Assembly: GCA_964016885.1 (NCBI GenBank)
Contig: OZ024743.1
Location: forward strand, 346,518,001 to 346,582,000
Reading direction: 5' to 3'
Origin: Eledone cirrhosa
Taxonomy: Eukaryota
DNA: 64,000 bases
The notes below the pieces were generated by a model that saw only the letters and a list, made by a program, of their open reading frames with translations, had not been told where the DNA came from and searched no databases. Below are positions 43,421 through 58,469 of the stretch, piece after piece (the stretch's first letter is position 1; each line of letters opens with the position of its first letter). The position numbers were made by a program, and so were the translations under genes.

Positions 43421-44025
43421 CGTGTGTGTGTGTGTGTGTGTGTATGTATGTCTACATACACACGTATATAATATACACTCAATAGCCAAACCATTTATTC
43501 CAGAAAGTCTCTATTTATGTATTCATTGTATTCATTGTATTCCAATAATTTATATAACGTTTCTGTCAATGTTTAGAATCACAACAAAGCAGCGACATTT
43601 TAAAGAACACGTGGTTTCACTTTTAACTTGACCCTTGACATTTCAAATGATTCTCACGATAGATCTGAACTACTCAAAGACATTTTGACGGGCGCCGAAA
43701 CAAAGAACAAAAAATACGAACAGAAGACGAAGCAATAGGACACAAGATTAGGCAAATGTTTCGGCATATTCAAAGCCAACCTGATGAGAATTTGAACTTG
43801 TAACCAGTAAATCGATGGAGTATTATTTTACCATTTAGCAGCTGAGATGAACCGCCAAAACGAAATCTCATTGGATTCTTCTACATTATTCTGTGTTTGT
43901 TTGTATTTGTAGATCTTTTTTTAAATCTATTCTTTATTATATATTTTTTTTAGAATCGCTGGTCTTTGTTTTCTTTAAATGTTTACATTTCATTGACTCA
44001 TTCCTTACGGGGCGAGTACTTTCAC

Positions 44026-44077
<52 letters not shown>

Positions 44078-44082
<5 letters not shown>

Positions 44083-44132
44083 GGTGTGAGTTTGTGTGTG
44101 TCTGTGTGTACGTATATATGTATGTATATATG

Positions 44133-44163
<31 letters not shown>

Positions 44164-44494
44164 ATGTATGTACGTATGTATGCATGATTCTATGTACGTA
44201 TTTATGTATATATATATATATATATATATTAGGGGGTGTATTTATATATTATACATTTCGTGTGTGTGTTTGTGTGTATTAGTATATATGTATATATATA
44301 TGTATGTATGTATTTATGTATGTATGTATTTATGTACGTACGTATGTATGCATGATTCTATGTATATATATATATATATATTAAGGGGTGTATTTATAAA
44401 TTATACATTTCGTGTGTGTGTTTGTGTGTATTAGTATATATGTATGTATGTATTTATGTACGTATGTATGCATGATTCTATGTATGTATTTATG

Positions 44495-44525
<31 letters not shown>

Positions 44526-44740
44526 AGGGGGTGTATTTATATATTATACATTTCGTGTGTGTGTGTTTGTGTGTATTAGTATATATGTATATATATATGT
44601 ATGTATTTATGTACGTACGTATGTATGAATTATTCTATGTATGTATTTACGTATATATGTATATATTAGGGGGCGATATGGCGGGGGGGGGGGGGGGTAA
44701 TTATAAATTATACATTGCATGTGTGTGTGTTTGTGTGTTT
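44078..44740. repeat. Minisatellite, ~140-155 bp unit x ~4.5, built from microsatellite blocks
   Basis: TATTAGGGG...TTATACATTTCGTGTGTG...TACGTATGTATGCATGATTCTATGT recurs at ~44078, 44228, 44380, 44523 and 44665. Confidence 0.85.
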
Positions 44741-44940
44741 GTGCCAATGCGTATGTGGTTATGTCTGTGTGAGAGAGAATATAGAGTTACTTTTTTCCTT
44801 TGTTCTAGAGGAGAAAGTAAACTTTCGGATATTGATATCTGAGATGTAAACTTTTGATGTCTTTGAATTGCCCCGTTATCCACACACATTCATGTACGTA
44901 AAAATAGATACAAAACATGCGCCTTCAATATATATGTGTG

Positions 44941-45017
<77 letters not shown>

Positions 45018-45169
45018 TCATAAGCATTGTGTTTTAATGATTATCGTTTGTATACATTCGGGGAATAATGATAAGATATCGTTGTTGTTGGTATAAAAAA
45101 GAGAGAATTGAGTGTCCATAAGTTTATATAAATATGTGTATATATATAAATATATATATATATATATGT

Positions 45170-46130
<961 letters not shown>

Positions 46131-46318
46131 GGATCGATCGACTTTCGTGAAATCGGACCGAGGAAACAATATTTTCTTCGGTCTTTCCAGTTGCTAGTAC
46201 TATCTATCGGTCGCAACTCGAGGTAGTCCGTCTACCTGGAGTTGCGACCGATAGATGTCTCGCTCAAGGACATAACGTATCGCCCGGTCCAGGAATCGAA
46301 CTCACAACCTCAATATTG

Positions 46319-46392
<74 letters not shown>

Positions 46393-46493
46393 ACATATTA
46401 TATATATATATAGTATATATATATATATATAGTATATATATATATATATAGTATATATATATATAGTATATATATATATAGTATATATATATA

Positions 46494-46561
<68 letters not shown>

Positions 46562-46954
46562 TATATATATTTATATATATATATAAACCCGGAAAAAAAT
46601 TATATATATGTATTTATATATATATATATATATATATAAGTTTTACCCGGGTTCAATCGGGATTAGCCACAGTAATTAAGGTTCTCAATACAAAGCAGAG
46701 TATAAATATTTAATATAGAAATTGCTTCTACAGGACTAGAACTGTTAAGAAGTAATTCTAATGATTGATATTTTCTTATTGAAAAAAGCTTCCATAAGTT
46801 CTATATTGCTTTTCTTATTATACTCTATTAAGGTTATGCTCGAAATCGTTGTTCCGACAATTAATAAGAATGATTAAATCTAAGAGCTCAAGTTGTGTTC
46901 TTATAATGTTATTTTAGAGTCTAATATAAGTGCATTAAATTGTATGAAACAACG

Positions 46955-47145
46955 GGTGGGGGGATTGGCAGCATCGGTAGACGGTCGGACGCCATGCTTT
47001 GACGCATAGAGTTAGGGCCCTTGCCATTTTGAGTTCAAAATCCCGCCGAGGTTAACTTTGCTTTTCATCCTCATGGGGGTCTATAAAATAAAGTACCAGT
47101 AATGCAGTGGATAATTGCTGTCTTGTGCCAAAATTAGAAACAATT
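46955..47145 (+). mobile_element. Family-1 SINE
   Basis: Full-length A/B box + core. Confidence 0.85.
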
Positions 47146-47328
47146 AAATTATATGATTCAATAAATATTGTTTATGTATGGCACGTTATATTCTATCACT
47201 AATAAATTGTAAGTTTAGTGTCCCATAAAGTTTTAACTTCTTACCCGCTTAAATTATAAGCTTGTTTACATTTTCGAATTGAAGTCGTTTGACATCGAAT
47301 TTAAATATGCTATTTATATTCTTTAATG

Positions 47329-47393
47329 AATTCTGATTGATAAACATCAGTAGAGAGGGGAAACATCTGTATTGATAGAAACGTTCGTAAATT
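47329..47393 (+). ncRNA. Hammerhead-like motif
   Basis: aatt-CTGATtGA-...atcagta/tattgat helix II...-GAAA-CGTTCG-TA-aatt; ~45 nt before (TA)n. Confidence 0.5.
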
Positions 47394-47435
47394 AATAAAA
47401 TAATTTAATGTAATTTAATCGTGGTTATTTTATTC

Positions 47436-47521
<86 letters not shown>

Positions 47522-47735
47522 TTATATACATATGTATATATACATATATACAGATATATACATATATATACATATATATACATATACTTATATACATATG
47601 CATATATACATATATACAGATATATACATATACATATATATATATATACATATATATACATATACTTATATACATATGTATATATACATATATACATATA
47701 TACAGATATATACATATACATATATATATATGTAT

Positions 47736-47798
<63 letters not shown>

Positions 47799-47849
47799 CA
47801 TATATACATATTTATATACATATATACATGTATACAGATATATATATAC

Positions 47850-47890
<41 letters not shown>

Positions 47891-48073
47891 TTTTGAGATG
47901 TCAAAGCTGATTTCTTAAAACCATTTAATAGCTTTAAAATTGTTTCAATACATGTCTCATTCATTTAGTGCTTAAGTGATTTGAATTTAGTTGAAGAGGG
48001 GAAAAAATATATTGAATCTTACAATACATCATTAAATATTGTACCTCTTCAGAAGAAATATAAACCTGATTAA

Positions 48074-48104
<31 letters not shown>

Positions 48105-48119
48105 CATCTCTCTCTCTCT

Positions 48120-48226
<107 letters not shown>

Positions 48227-48371
48227 TGTGTATGTATATATGTGTGTGCGTGTGTAACAAAACTCTCTAATTAGCCCTAATAAATGAATACTTAAACGCT
48301 ACTCCTAAAAGTATATTTTTTGAAACAGCACTGAAGCATTGACATAAATGTTATACATAACTGCTATTTAA

Positions 48372-48401
48372 TACCCGAGCAACGCCGGGTACCTCTGCTA
48401 G
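48372..48401 (+). mobile_element. Helitron 3' terminus
   Basis: Hairpin TACCCG-agcaacgc-CGGGTA, then CTAG|T. Confidence 0.75.
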
Positions 48402-50329
48402 TATATATATATAATTATTTGTAATAGATGGACTACAAATAAAGGATTGATTTGTCTTTCAATGGGATATATCGTACTAGTTTTACTATGACGTAACTTG
48501 CGTCCACTTCACCTTTCAACATTTTGTTATCATAAACATAAAGTAACAATCCTGTCATATAACGACACATATTCTGAGATAAACATTCCTATAGACCACG
48601 AAATATAAAACTTTAAAATATACCAAATATAAAACTTTAAAATGAAATGACAAACACAATTTAATTATGAAGAACACCAACGACTCTTGAACAATTCAGA
48701 TCTTTCGACCACAAGACAAAATAAGTTTACCGAGAATTAGCCGAAAACAAAATTGTAATCAATGCAGCACCAACAATATGAGCAGCAGGCGAATTCTGGA
48801 AAAGATCGTGGATATTAATTTTTTCATAACAGAGGTGAATGCTTAAAATAATATATGAGCAACACATGGTCAATCATGTATGTAATAACTGTTTCGACTT
48901 TAGGCACAAGACCAGCAATTTGAAGGGGAGGGGAAATTTGATTCAATCGACCCTAGTGCATTACTGGTGCTTTACCTATCGACCCCGCAAGGATGAAAGG
49001 CAAAGCTAACCTCCGAATCATGTAAGTAGTAACAACAAAAGAAGTGGCTCTTAGTTACAAAAATTGTATAACTGGAAAGCCCACTGAAATGAGAATGTTC
49101 GAAACTTCTATTAGCATATTTAACAAGCACACATAGATCGCGAGTGATTTATATAGAAGAATACAGTAACAATACCAGATGTCCAAGATAAAAGGAAAAA
49201 CAAACTACTGATCCATAATCTCTCTACATGCAATGAACTATGCTTATCGTGAAATAATATCGTAGATGATAAATGATTTCCTAAAAAAAAAATGATTTGC
49301 AAAAGAGCACATGCTGCAATCGCTCAAATTGTTGTAAAGATGAATTAATTATTCACCAGGAAAAAGGAAGGGCCTGAGTATAACTGTTATCAGTGTTCGT
49401 CAGATTTGGATTCTAGAATTATTCGCCGTAAGTAAGGTAGCAGCAATAATTAGATTTATGTCATTAATTGATATAAAATTCAATTTAAATAAACGTGGGA
49501 AAATAATATCGAAGAGAGAAAAACTAACAAAACATTAATTTATTTCAGTACTCCTCACTCAAGCTTAAATCTTTTAACTTAAAAAAAAAAAAAAAAATAT
49601 CTGATGAGATAAAGAAACAAACATGAGTGAATTAGATGAAACACACTCACAAAACATTAGGAATTAATAAACAAAAGACACAAATGAAAGAAAAGCTTAA
49701 GTTATAATATTAGAGAATAAGGCTTAAAACAGAGTTACAATGCTTAAAGTAAGGTAATTGATATCTATACTCGAGCAGTTCCCGTAACAAGTTATATTTA
49801 TAATATACTGAATTGAAAGCTAAATAAAATAGAGAGACTACATGGGGAAAGAAAGAAAATGATATCATTTAAAATAACCACCCAAAAGCCGACACAGAAA
49901 GATTATATTTATCTCGAGGACAGTAAATTAGTAAACTATTATAAAATATATACCGCAGGACTACAAAATACTTATTTAAGAATAAATTGAAAACAATACA
50001 AATATCTACATTAGGATACCAAATATAAATTATTTCTGTCTTCAAGGAAGCCAACAAATACAAAACAGAAGCTTAGATAACAGAAAACAGTTAAGAAGAT
50101 AAAGAAACGCATGATATTAACTATTAACCCATTTTTGACAAGGATTTAAAGAATAAATTGCCTTTGTGTAATAGTTTTTTAAATAATCAACAATTAGGAG
50201 GGGTTTAGTAAAATTAATAATTTTTACATTAATAATACATACAAACATATAACTACTAATATTATCTAGCATATAAAAATGAAATTACTGTCCAAGGTTC
50301 GAATGTAAATTTGAAAATTTCAATAGAGG

Positions 50330-53300
50330 TATGTGTACACAAAATAAGTACTCATATAGCCAATACCAGGAAAGATTAAGTAAAGTGGTATACTATATCC
50401 AAACTGTGAAAGTATACTTTATGGAGGTGTGCGAAAAGGCACTGGAAGGCATTATTCCCGATAGAGCGATATTACCGAAGCCAAGCAGTACGTGGCCATT
50501 TCAGTGCTCTTCAAAACAGAAGAGCTGGCCATCAAACACTCTGTAGTACACTTTCAGACAGAGCAATACATTCTATACCCTTCGTACAACGGAAAGAGGA
50601 CCGTAAGGAACAGAATCGATGGTGTCTCACCAGGAGTGAATGTCTGGTGTGTCCTAGCTTGGAAGTCAAGCGCACCCGGAGACAACACAGGTTAGGGATA
50701 TGTTTAGAAATGATTTTATATATCAAACCAGGATTTCATTTACCTACCAGATGTGATGGTGCTAAATGAAGTCATTGAGGGTAAAATGCCCCATTGTCAT
50801 CTTTGCGGAGAAACAGGAGACTTAAGGGATTTGTATCCTCAACAAAAAACGGGGAAAAAACCGATCCCGATTGCCGCATGTACCAGGAGCTCAGCAAATC
50901 CACCAGCAGTAAACAGAAATTGTAGCGGCACCAACATCAATAGCAAAAGCAACATCAGCTAGTCCAACAGCAACACGAACAACAGCAACAGAAACATCAA
51001 CACCAAAAAACCATCAGCACAAACCAAAGCTACAAAGGAATCATCACCAACTGCAACTACAAAATAATTGAGATCATCCCAGGGGCCCCCCAGCATATCT
51101 CTCCCATAACCCCTCTTTCAAACACACACATAGATAACAACACTCTCACATCCACAAACACTTCCACTCCCCTCTGACGCAGACTCCACAGATACTAATT
51201 CCTTTTCATCTCCAAGTGAAGATGAGGGGCAACACCAAAAACGAAAAAAAGAAAAAAGAAAAAAAGGAAACATATTCAAAGATACATTTTAACAAATACT
51301 GACAACTACCCAAAACACACACACAGCAAATACAGACATCAACAACAGCACCAACACTGCAGCCATTAACAAAATCTCAACTACTATTAGCAACACCGAC
51401 ACAACTGCAACACATGCCCCACTAAAGAAAACACAAGCTAGCACCAACGACAAAATAAATAACCAACTTCATGTTACTAACTTATGAGGCTTGTAATACA
51501 AAGTTAAGATATTGAGAAAGAGCTGTTTGGCACCTGCAACTTCACCGTGCCCAAATACGGCTGGTGGTTCGGATGCCAGTGAAACCTATAAGACATTTGA
51601 GACAGCTTCCAGAGGGCGTGAGGACCCCTAGCATGAATGCATTTAGTAGGTTTTTAAAGGGACCGCACCGACCAGGAGCAGAGGTGGAAGCACCCGAGTT
51701 TCAACAGCACTTGGAGGGTATGTTACCGTCCACATTTCCTTTTTCTTTCTGGCCACCATGGGTGAGTTAAGAGTAGCTTGTTTGTATGTCCGTTGTCTGG
51801 GGTCGGCCTGGAATAAGGTCGCCTGTGTACAACTCGCCCTTTGGTGTTAGCGGGAGACAGGAACGACATCTTAGATGACCACTGAGATTCTGTGGGAGTA
51901 GCAGTTAAGTACCTGATCAGCCAAATCCAACTGTCTGACATGCACAGAATAAATTCTTTAATGTGCCATTTTGGACACGGATCAATCCATAGGTTCATCT
52001 AGATCGTATATAGATATCTTTCTTTATTTGCCACAGGGGCGCCCACAAATGGGACATTACAAGACGTGACGGCGGGGGTTTTGCATAAAATCTTTAACAA
52101 TGATAAATGACAATAAACTATATAAAAATAAAACAAATGAAATCCCCATTAGGTGGGGGGGTAACGCTACTGCGGGGTTGTTTTGCACCCCGTGGATAGA
52201 ACAATCCTCAATACCAGGAACACGTTTTGTAGGTCTTCCCGTCTTCCCTCTGTTTATCTTCCTCAACTTATAGGTTTATATACAGAGAGGGCCCATTCAC
52301 TCGGGCCATTTTCGCCACATTCACCCAACTTTCGGCAAATTTACTGGGGTGTAGCACCTCTCTCTCCACTCTCACCTTCCTTCTGAAGTGGTACTTAAAG
52401 AAGGGGATGAGTCATTGTCCGGAGAGAAAGGTGTTTGCCCTCAGTCCTTTTAACCTCGTCCACCACATTACCTCTTTCGCCATAGTTACTAGACAGAGGA
52501 AAACCGTCTCTCCTTCATTCTTAAATGAAGGCGGTGGGGTGATCCTCCCGATGGACTCGGCTGAGAACTGAATGCGTACCACACGTTACAGTAGCTGTTC
52601 GACATAATTCCACAGGTCGGTCACCACTGGGAACTGAACAATTGCGTGCAGAACGGTTTCGATGTCCTGCTCGCACATTGGACAGGTCCATTTGGCATGA
52701 TCTCTGCCAGGGCGTCCGTGCCTGTATATTTTGTCTCGAACTGGTAGAGCTCCTCGGTAGCACTGCCAAGCCAGAGACATCTGGAAGTTATCCATAGACC
52801 CTGGACGGAAAGTCCTCCCGAACAGACTGGTCAGTTCGTCCTCCTCGATGCCTAGAGTTTCCCCGAGAATGCGTCGCACTTATCATCCACTACTCTCCTA
52901 TAGAATTTCGAAGTGCAGTCTCCGCGGATTGCTGCTTCCACTTGGTAGAGGGCTGTGAGCGCCTGAAAGCACTCGAGGTGTATATAGATAGGTATTTAAT
53001 TAGGTCAATAGATTATTAGTGTGTAGGCTGTTCACACTTTCAAACGGTCGCCAATTCAGATCACAAGTTTTTCATCTGTTTGATCGACCTATATGACACG
53101 CGGGTTAGGAACTAGTTACTAAAATCTGAACATGTCGTTTTCGGCCCGTAAGACTTACAGTGACCGTGTCAACAATTTAATCAAGCAGGGGGCCATCAGC
53201 AACATGTAGTGGCGGTTTCTTAAATGAGAGTAATTTCAATAGGTTTTACCAAAGAACGTTAGAGAAAAATAGAAACGACGGGAGCTGGTAACTAAACAAG

Positions 53301-54950
53301 ACGAAGCTGTTTGCAGTGACATTGCAACTAACGTGTCAGCGGCGAGAATGACATTAGACCATTTCTTCAATGCAAAACACGACGGTTGCATTGCAAGAGC
53401 TAAAGCTCGTGATCTAAGAAACGAGGGAACCAAATCTGTTCGATGGGCCCGCATGGCTGAGGCGCAGCGTGGTGACAATATCACAATTTTTTGAATTGGT
53501 CGAAACGAACGCAAGCTGAACGGTCGCAGGCGGATGTGTGAGGTCTTTCGCCACCATTTTTCTCGGCCGTTCGGGGTGGCGGGGTGGCTGAGATTGAAGT
53601 GGATTTCAGTCCCTAGCTCGATAGCCTACCACATCTCTCGCCAACCGTTGTTGAGCGCTGTGAAAGGCCAATAATTCCAGCTGAGATTCGGGAAGCCCTT
53701 GTCGCCTGCTCGAAGTGCATGTCAACCGGTTTGGATGATCTGCTCTGTGAGCGTTACGTACATATGCTAAACCTGTTCTCTGATCTCCTCGAAGCGCTCT
53801 ACTGTAATTGGCTCTATAGTTCTTTGAGCTTGGATGTAGTGACACCGATGAGGGAAGACGAGAACAAATGGGATACGTTAGAGAACTTCAGGCCCATAAT
53901 TCTGCTGAATGCAAATTTAAGATTTTGGCCAAGGGGAGGCGCATGTCCATACATGACAATCTACACCTCATGCGATACGTCATGGAAAAGGTAGTTTGTA
54001 AATCTTGATTCTGTAGGGCCGTGATCAATTTAGATCAATTGAAAGCTTTCGATAAGGTTGACCATCGATAACTAGAAGCTGTCCACAAAGCAACTGGCAT
54101 CGGTTCCGTCTTCAAAGGCTGGGTCACTGCAAGGCAGAGTGGCATCTGCTCGGTGTCAAAGTTAATGGCCATTTTTCGGAACCATTTCAGATCTCCTTTT
54201 GGTCCGTCCAGGGTACCATTTCTACGCCCTTCTGTACGTATTGACTCTCGAACAAGTACTACTGAAGCTGGCGCCGTTGCAGGGCATCACACTCGAACCG
54301 TGACGTAATAGAGATGCGTTAAAATATGCGGAATAGTAATGTTGCTCAGGTTCTGATTTGGTTCGGACTTCCAGCTGGATAATGACTGGGACTAGGTAGC
54401 GAGTTGGTTGGCCACTCTCACTTAGAAATATGCCAAGGGGAAGCTATCCCTGAAATTTCAGGTAGAGGTGTCAAACTCACACATCGCCTCGATCATCTAC
54501 TACTGCTTCACCCTCGTGTTCCGCCCAGGTTAGTATTCACCAAATTGGTGCGCCTGGTCTTCACTGTTTTGTGGGAGGGACAGATTCTCCTGCTGCCAAC
54601 ACCCTTTACGCGTAGGACTACGCATGGCGTGGCAGATGATGTGTAGACATGCGTTGAGGTTACGTAATCTACAGATATTCCTTACCAGTGTACAGGTGTG
54701 TTATCGCTTTTTTAGGCATATCTTTCTGCATCTAGTCTCTTTAACTGAACTGCAATCGTGGGTCATGCGAAGACCGAGAAAGGAAGCCAGGCAGCTGGAA
54801 TGTTTTCAGGCGCTTACAGCCCTATACCAATCAGGCAATGTGGTCTGTGAGAACACCACGCTAAGGTTCTATAGAGGATTTGTGGTGGGCAGTGCATCAA
54901 CGCTCTCAGAGAGACTCTAGGCATCGACTAGAATGAACTAGCCATGTTTT
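50330..54950 (+). mobile_element. Long decayed Tx1/L1-clade LINE (ORF1 zinc knuckle, APE, RT)
   Basis: CHLCGETG knuckle; APE start at ~51758; ENFRPIILLN, LDQLKAFDKVDH, SVQG and YA motifs; many disruptions. Confidence 0.85.
52017..52979 (-). mobile_element. 5'-truncated Tx1/L1 copy nested antisense in the above element
   Basis: zf-RVT motif CPMCEQDIETVLHAIVQFP; AATAAA near 52025 (-); TSD GTATATAGATA at 52006-52016 and 52980-52990. Confidence 0.85.
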
Positions 54951-54989
54951 AATATGATAGCTTATTTTGACCTTTGGTTAGTGTCAGGT

Positions 54990-55027
<38 letters not shown>

Positions 55028-55028
55028 T

Positions 55029-55573
55029 CGTTTCTGAATTTGTTTAGCAAGATTCTTTATCTGAAAACGTGTGTTGAAACCGATATTGTTATACTTTGGG
55101 AGGGTCATGTTGCCAATAAGAAACACACGCACCATGTTTCACTCCAATTTATTATAAATTAAATTATAATTTTAAAATGTATACATTTCCGGTTGGTTGG
55201 TTGGTTCCATAGCCAGACGGTTGTTCATATATTGTTAAAGTTATTTCGTCACACAGTATGTGACCTCTTCAGTGACTGGGGATTATTTTCTTTGTTTTGT
55301 GCCTCTCCTTTGTTCTGTCCTACGCCAACAAGATGGCATGGGACAGAACAAAGGAGAGGCACAAAACAAAGAAAATAATCCCCAGTCACTGAAGAGGTCA
55401 CAGAATGTGTGACGAAAGAACTTTGACAATATATGAACAACCGTTTGGTTGTGGAACCAACCAACCAACGGGAATTTATAAATTTGTTAATTTATAATTT
55501 AATTTATGATAAATTGGAGTGAAAGGTACTGGTGCGTGTGTTTCTTATTGGCAACATGACCCTCCCAAAGTAT

Positions 55574-55581
<8 letters not shown>
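55029..55581 (-). mobile_element. Fold-back pLTR with paired hammerheads
   Basis: Inverted repeat 55083-55581 with a short loop near 55330; unpaired tail 55029-55082. Confidence 0.85.
55385..55427 (+). ncRNA. Minimal type-I hammerhead
   Basis: gtca-CTGAAGA-g-gtcaca-gaatg-tgtgac-GAAA-gaac-TT-tgac; sister on - at 55234-55276. Confidence 0.75.
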
Positions 55582-55659
<78 letters not shown>

Positions 55660-55661
<2 letters not shown>

Positions 55662-57285
55662 TGTAGATAAAGTGGTGGACCACTTTCAACATCTCTAACA
55701 TTATCTCTAAACACAATAATAAAATATTAAATAATAAATTACATCCATCCAACACTGAGCATCATTATAATAACAGTACGTCAACGTTAACTGTAGGCTA
55801 GATTCAGTAAATTTAAATACGACGTCAAACGTAACTTCGTTGAATGTTCATAATACCAATCTAAATCAGGAAACTATAGTGCCTATCGTAAATAACTTCT
55901 CCAATCCAATTTTTTCTATAAATAATACTAAGTCACTTGTTAATAACTCTGTTAAATTCTCTAATCGTAATTGTAATAGCCCTGTTAGAATTAAATGTCC
56001 TCTTAATAACCAATGTATTCATAAAAACTTAGTGTATGAATGTAAGGTTATAATTGGTACTAATTATTTTACCTATTTCGGTTCCACTTCCTTTAAAGCA
56101 AGATTTTATAATCACAAATCGTCTTTTAAATACCAACTCAAAAGAAATAACACGGCACTCTCGGAACTCATATGGTCCTTAAAAGACAAAAAATATTAAC
56201 TATAACATCTCTTGGAGGAAGGTTTGCAACGCCTTTCCTTACCGAAATTCTTCCCTATCCAGAACATGTAATCTCTGCCTAGCCGAGAAATTTACCATCA
56301 TATCTAATTTTAATTCTATAATAAATAGACGTACGGATTTAGTCTCGCTCTGCTTGCATAAATCCCATAGAACTTTCCATAAAGTATACAGCTAATGTCT
56401 CAATACATAATTAGTTTAAAATCTTCTTTTTCTATTACAAATATACCAATGTGACTACCTTATTTCAGTATATTATATTATAGAATTTACTCATTCTATA
56501 TCGTTAGAGGTCCCCTATCTTTCTTCTTTTATCCTTTTTCCTTTCTTCCCTTTTTTCTTTTTTAATTTCTAATCTTTAATCTGTAACTTTTACTTCCCAA
56601 TTACTTCTCAATTCATATTATTACTCACTAATGCATTTTCCATTTTTCCATTTTTCCATTTTTCCTCATATTAGTGGCCATATGAACTATATTTTTAAAT
56701 ACATAATAATATTACCATTAGGACATGTTTGTAAACATATATAACTTTTGACGTTAGATATTTTTTCTTCCTTAAATTTTCTTTTTTCTTCTCTCCTTCT
56801 GTGCTCGTTTTAAACCTATTATTTACTTTTACATATTACAATACATAAAAACAAACTTAAACCCTAACTAATTCCTCTAAGTTCATAATTCATTTATTCT
56901 CCTTCTTTCGCATTATATCCTTAATATCCTTAATATTTTAATTTTAATAATACATATTAATAAATTCTTTTTTTCGCACATATTAAACCCTTCAATGTAT
57001 ACTTTTTCCCAATCTCATATATCCATCTTACTTTATATTTCATATGTTGATTTTAAACTTCGCTTCTCACAAGTGTTTTTTAAGCTTCATATCATGTTTC
57101 CCTATTTTATCTGATGAGAATGCAAATATCATCCCATGATGATATTTGTTTTTGAAATGCACATAACAAAATACTTAGAACTCTTTTAACCATCTTTTGA
57201 TCTTATATTATTTATACTCCTGTCCTATAAACTGTGGAGTGCTACTTATCCCATATTTGCATTGCTATAAAACTCACCTCCTACA
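55660..57285 (+). mobile_element. 5'-truncated Penelope-like element: GIY-YIG endonuclease + 3' UTR
   Basis: NCNS...CPLNNQCIHKNLVYECKV...YFGSTSFKARFYNHKSSF...TALSELIWSLK; CNLCLAEK...INRRTDLVSLCLH; (TA)n on both sides. Confidence 0.9.
57105..57168 (+). ncRNA. Hammerhead-like motif in the PLE 3' UTR
   Basis: ttttat-CTGATGA-gaatg-caaatatcatc/gatgatatttg helix II-GAAA-tgca-cA-taa; U16.1 apparently mutated. Confidence 0.6.
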
Positions 57286-57303
57286 TATATATATATATGT
57301 ATA

Positions 57304-57442
<139 letters not shown>

Positions 57443-57937
57443 GACGTAAAATAAGAAAATTTTAAAAATTAAAAATTAACTTACCTACTAAAATTTTCAC
57501 TCCAACTAATTAGTTTCTGTAATGGGATAAATATAGTTACACAATATAACTATCGAGAATTCATTACGTCATCAGGGAGTCTATTCTCAGCTAAGTTCCC
57601 AGGCAATGCGCGGACACTAGGAACCCATATAAAAATAATAATTCAGTGGATGTAATAAGCTAGCGAGGACTAAATTCCATAGCACTGATAAAGTTCACTG
57701 CCTCTGGTCAGTGGCAGATTCTAAAGAATCAATCACGTGACACTGCGGTTAGTCAGTTAGGAGTGGGGTGGTATTATGACAAGAGCCTACTACTACTACA
57801 TTGAATTAGCAGTAGATTTGGCAAGTTTGCTCAACAAATAATTTGGAGATAAATATAGAGAATTAGTACATCTACCAATTGGTAGATGTACTAATTCTCT
57901 CTCTATATACATATGTGTGTGTGTGTGTATATATATA

Positions 57938-57965
57938 CTAGCAGTATGGCCCGGCGTTGCTCGGA
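57938..57965 (-). mobile_element. Helitron 3' terminus
   Basis: Minus strand CCG-agcaacgc-CGGgccatactg-CTAG|T; same loop as 48372. Confidence 0.7.
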
Positions 57966-58170
57966 TCCTAAACATAGATTGGCATGTTTATCCCTCCTTT
58001 CTGAAACAGTTTCGTCGTATGTTCACCAATTGATGCAGAAGTCCTAATATAAAGTGAAGTCGCCTTGGGTGAATAGGCAAATCATTTTCCATTAAGATTT
58101 TTCAAAAGCATGTAATTGCGTTCCCTCTCGGTTTCGTTGTTTTTGCTGCTGTTGGTGTGGTAGCAGCCAT

Positions 58171-58288
<118 letters not shown>

Positions 58289-58398
58289 GACACAGAAAAA
58301 TATTGATATAAATGCAGAAGGAGAAGTTTTCCTAATATTTATATTTCTCTCCTACGTGTTTCAGCCGAGATATTGAGGCCATGCTGTCGCACCGCCAT

Positions 58399-58438
<40 letters not shown>

Positions 58439-58469
58439 GACTGCGTGACGTTAGGAAAGATTAAATCCA

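Noticed and set aside
49600-49620. CTGATGAGATAAAGAAAC motif
   Set aside because: No supporting helices or NUH.
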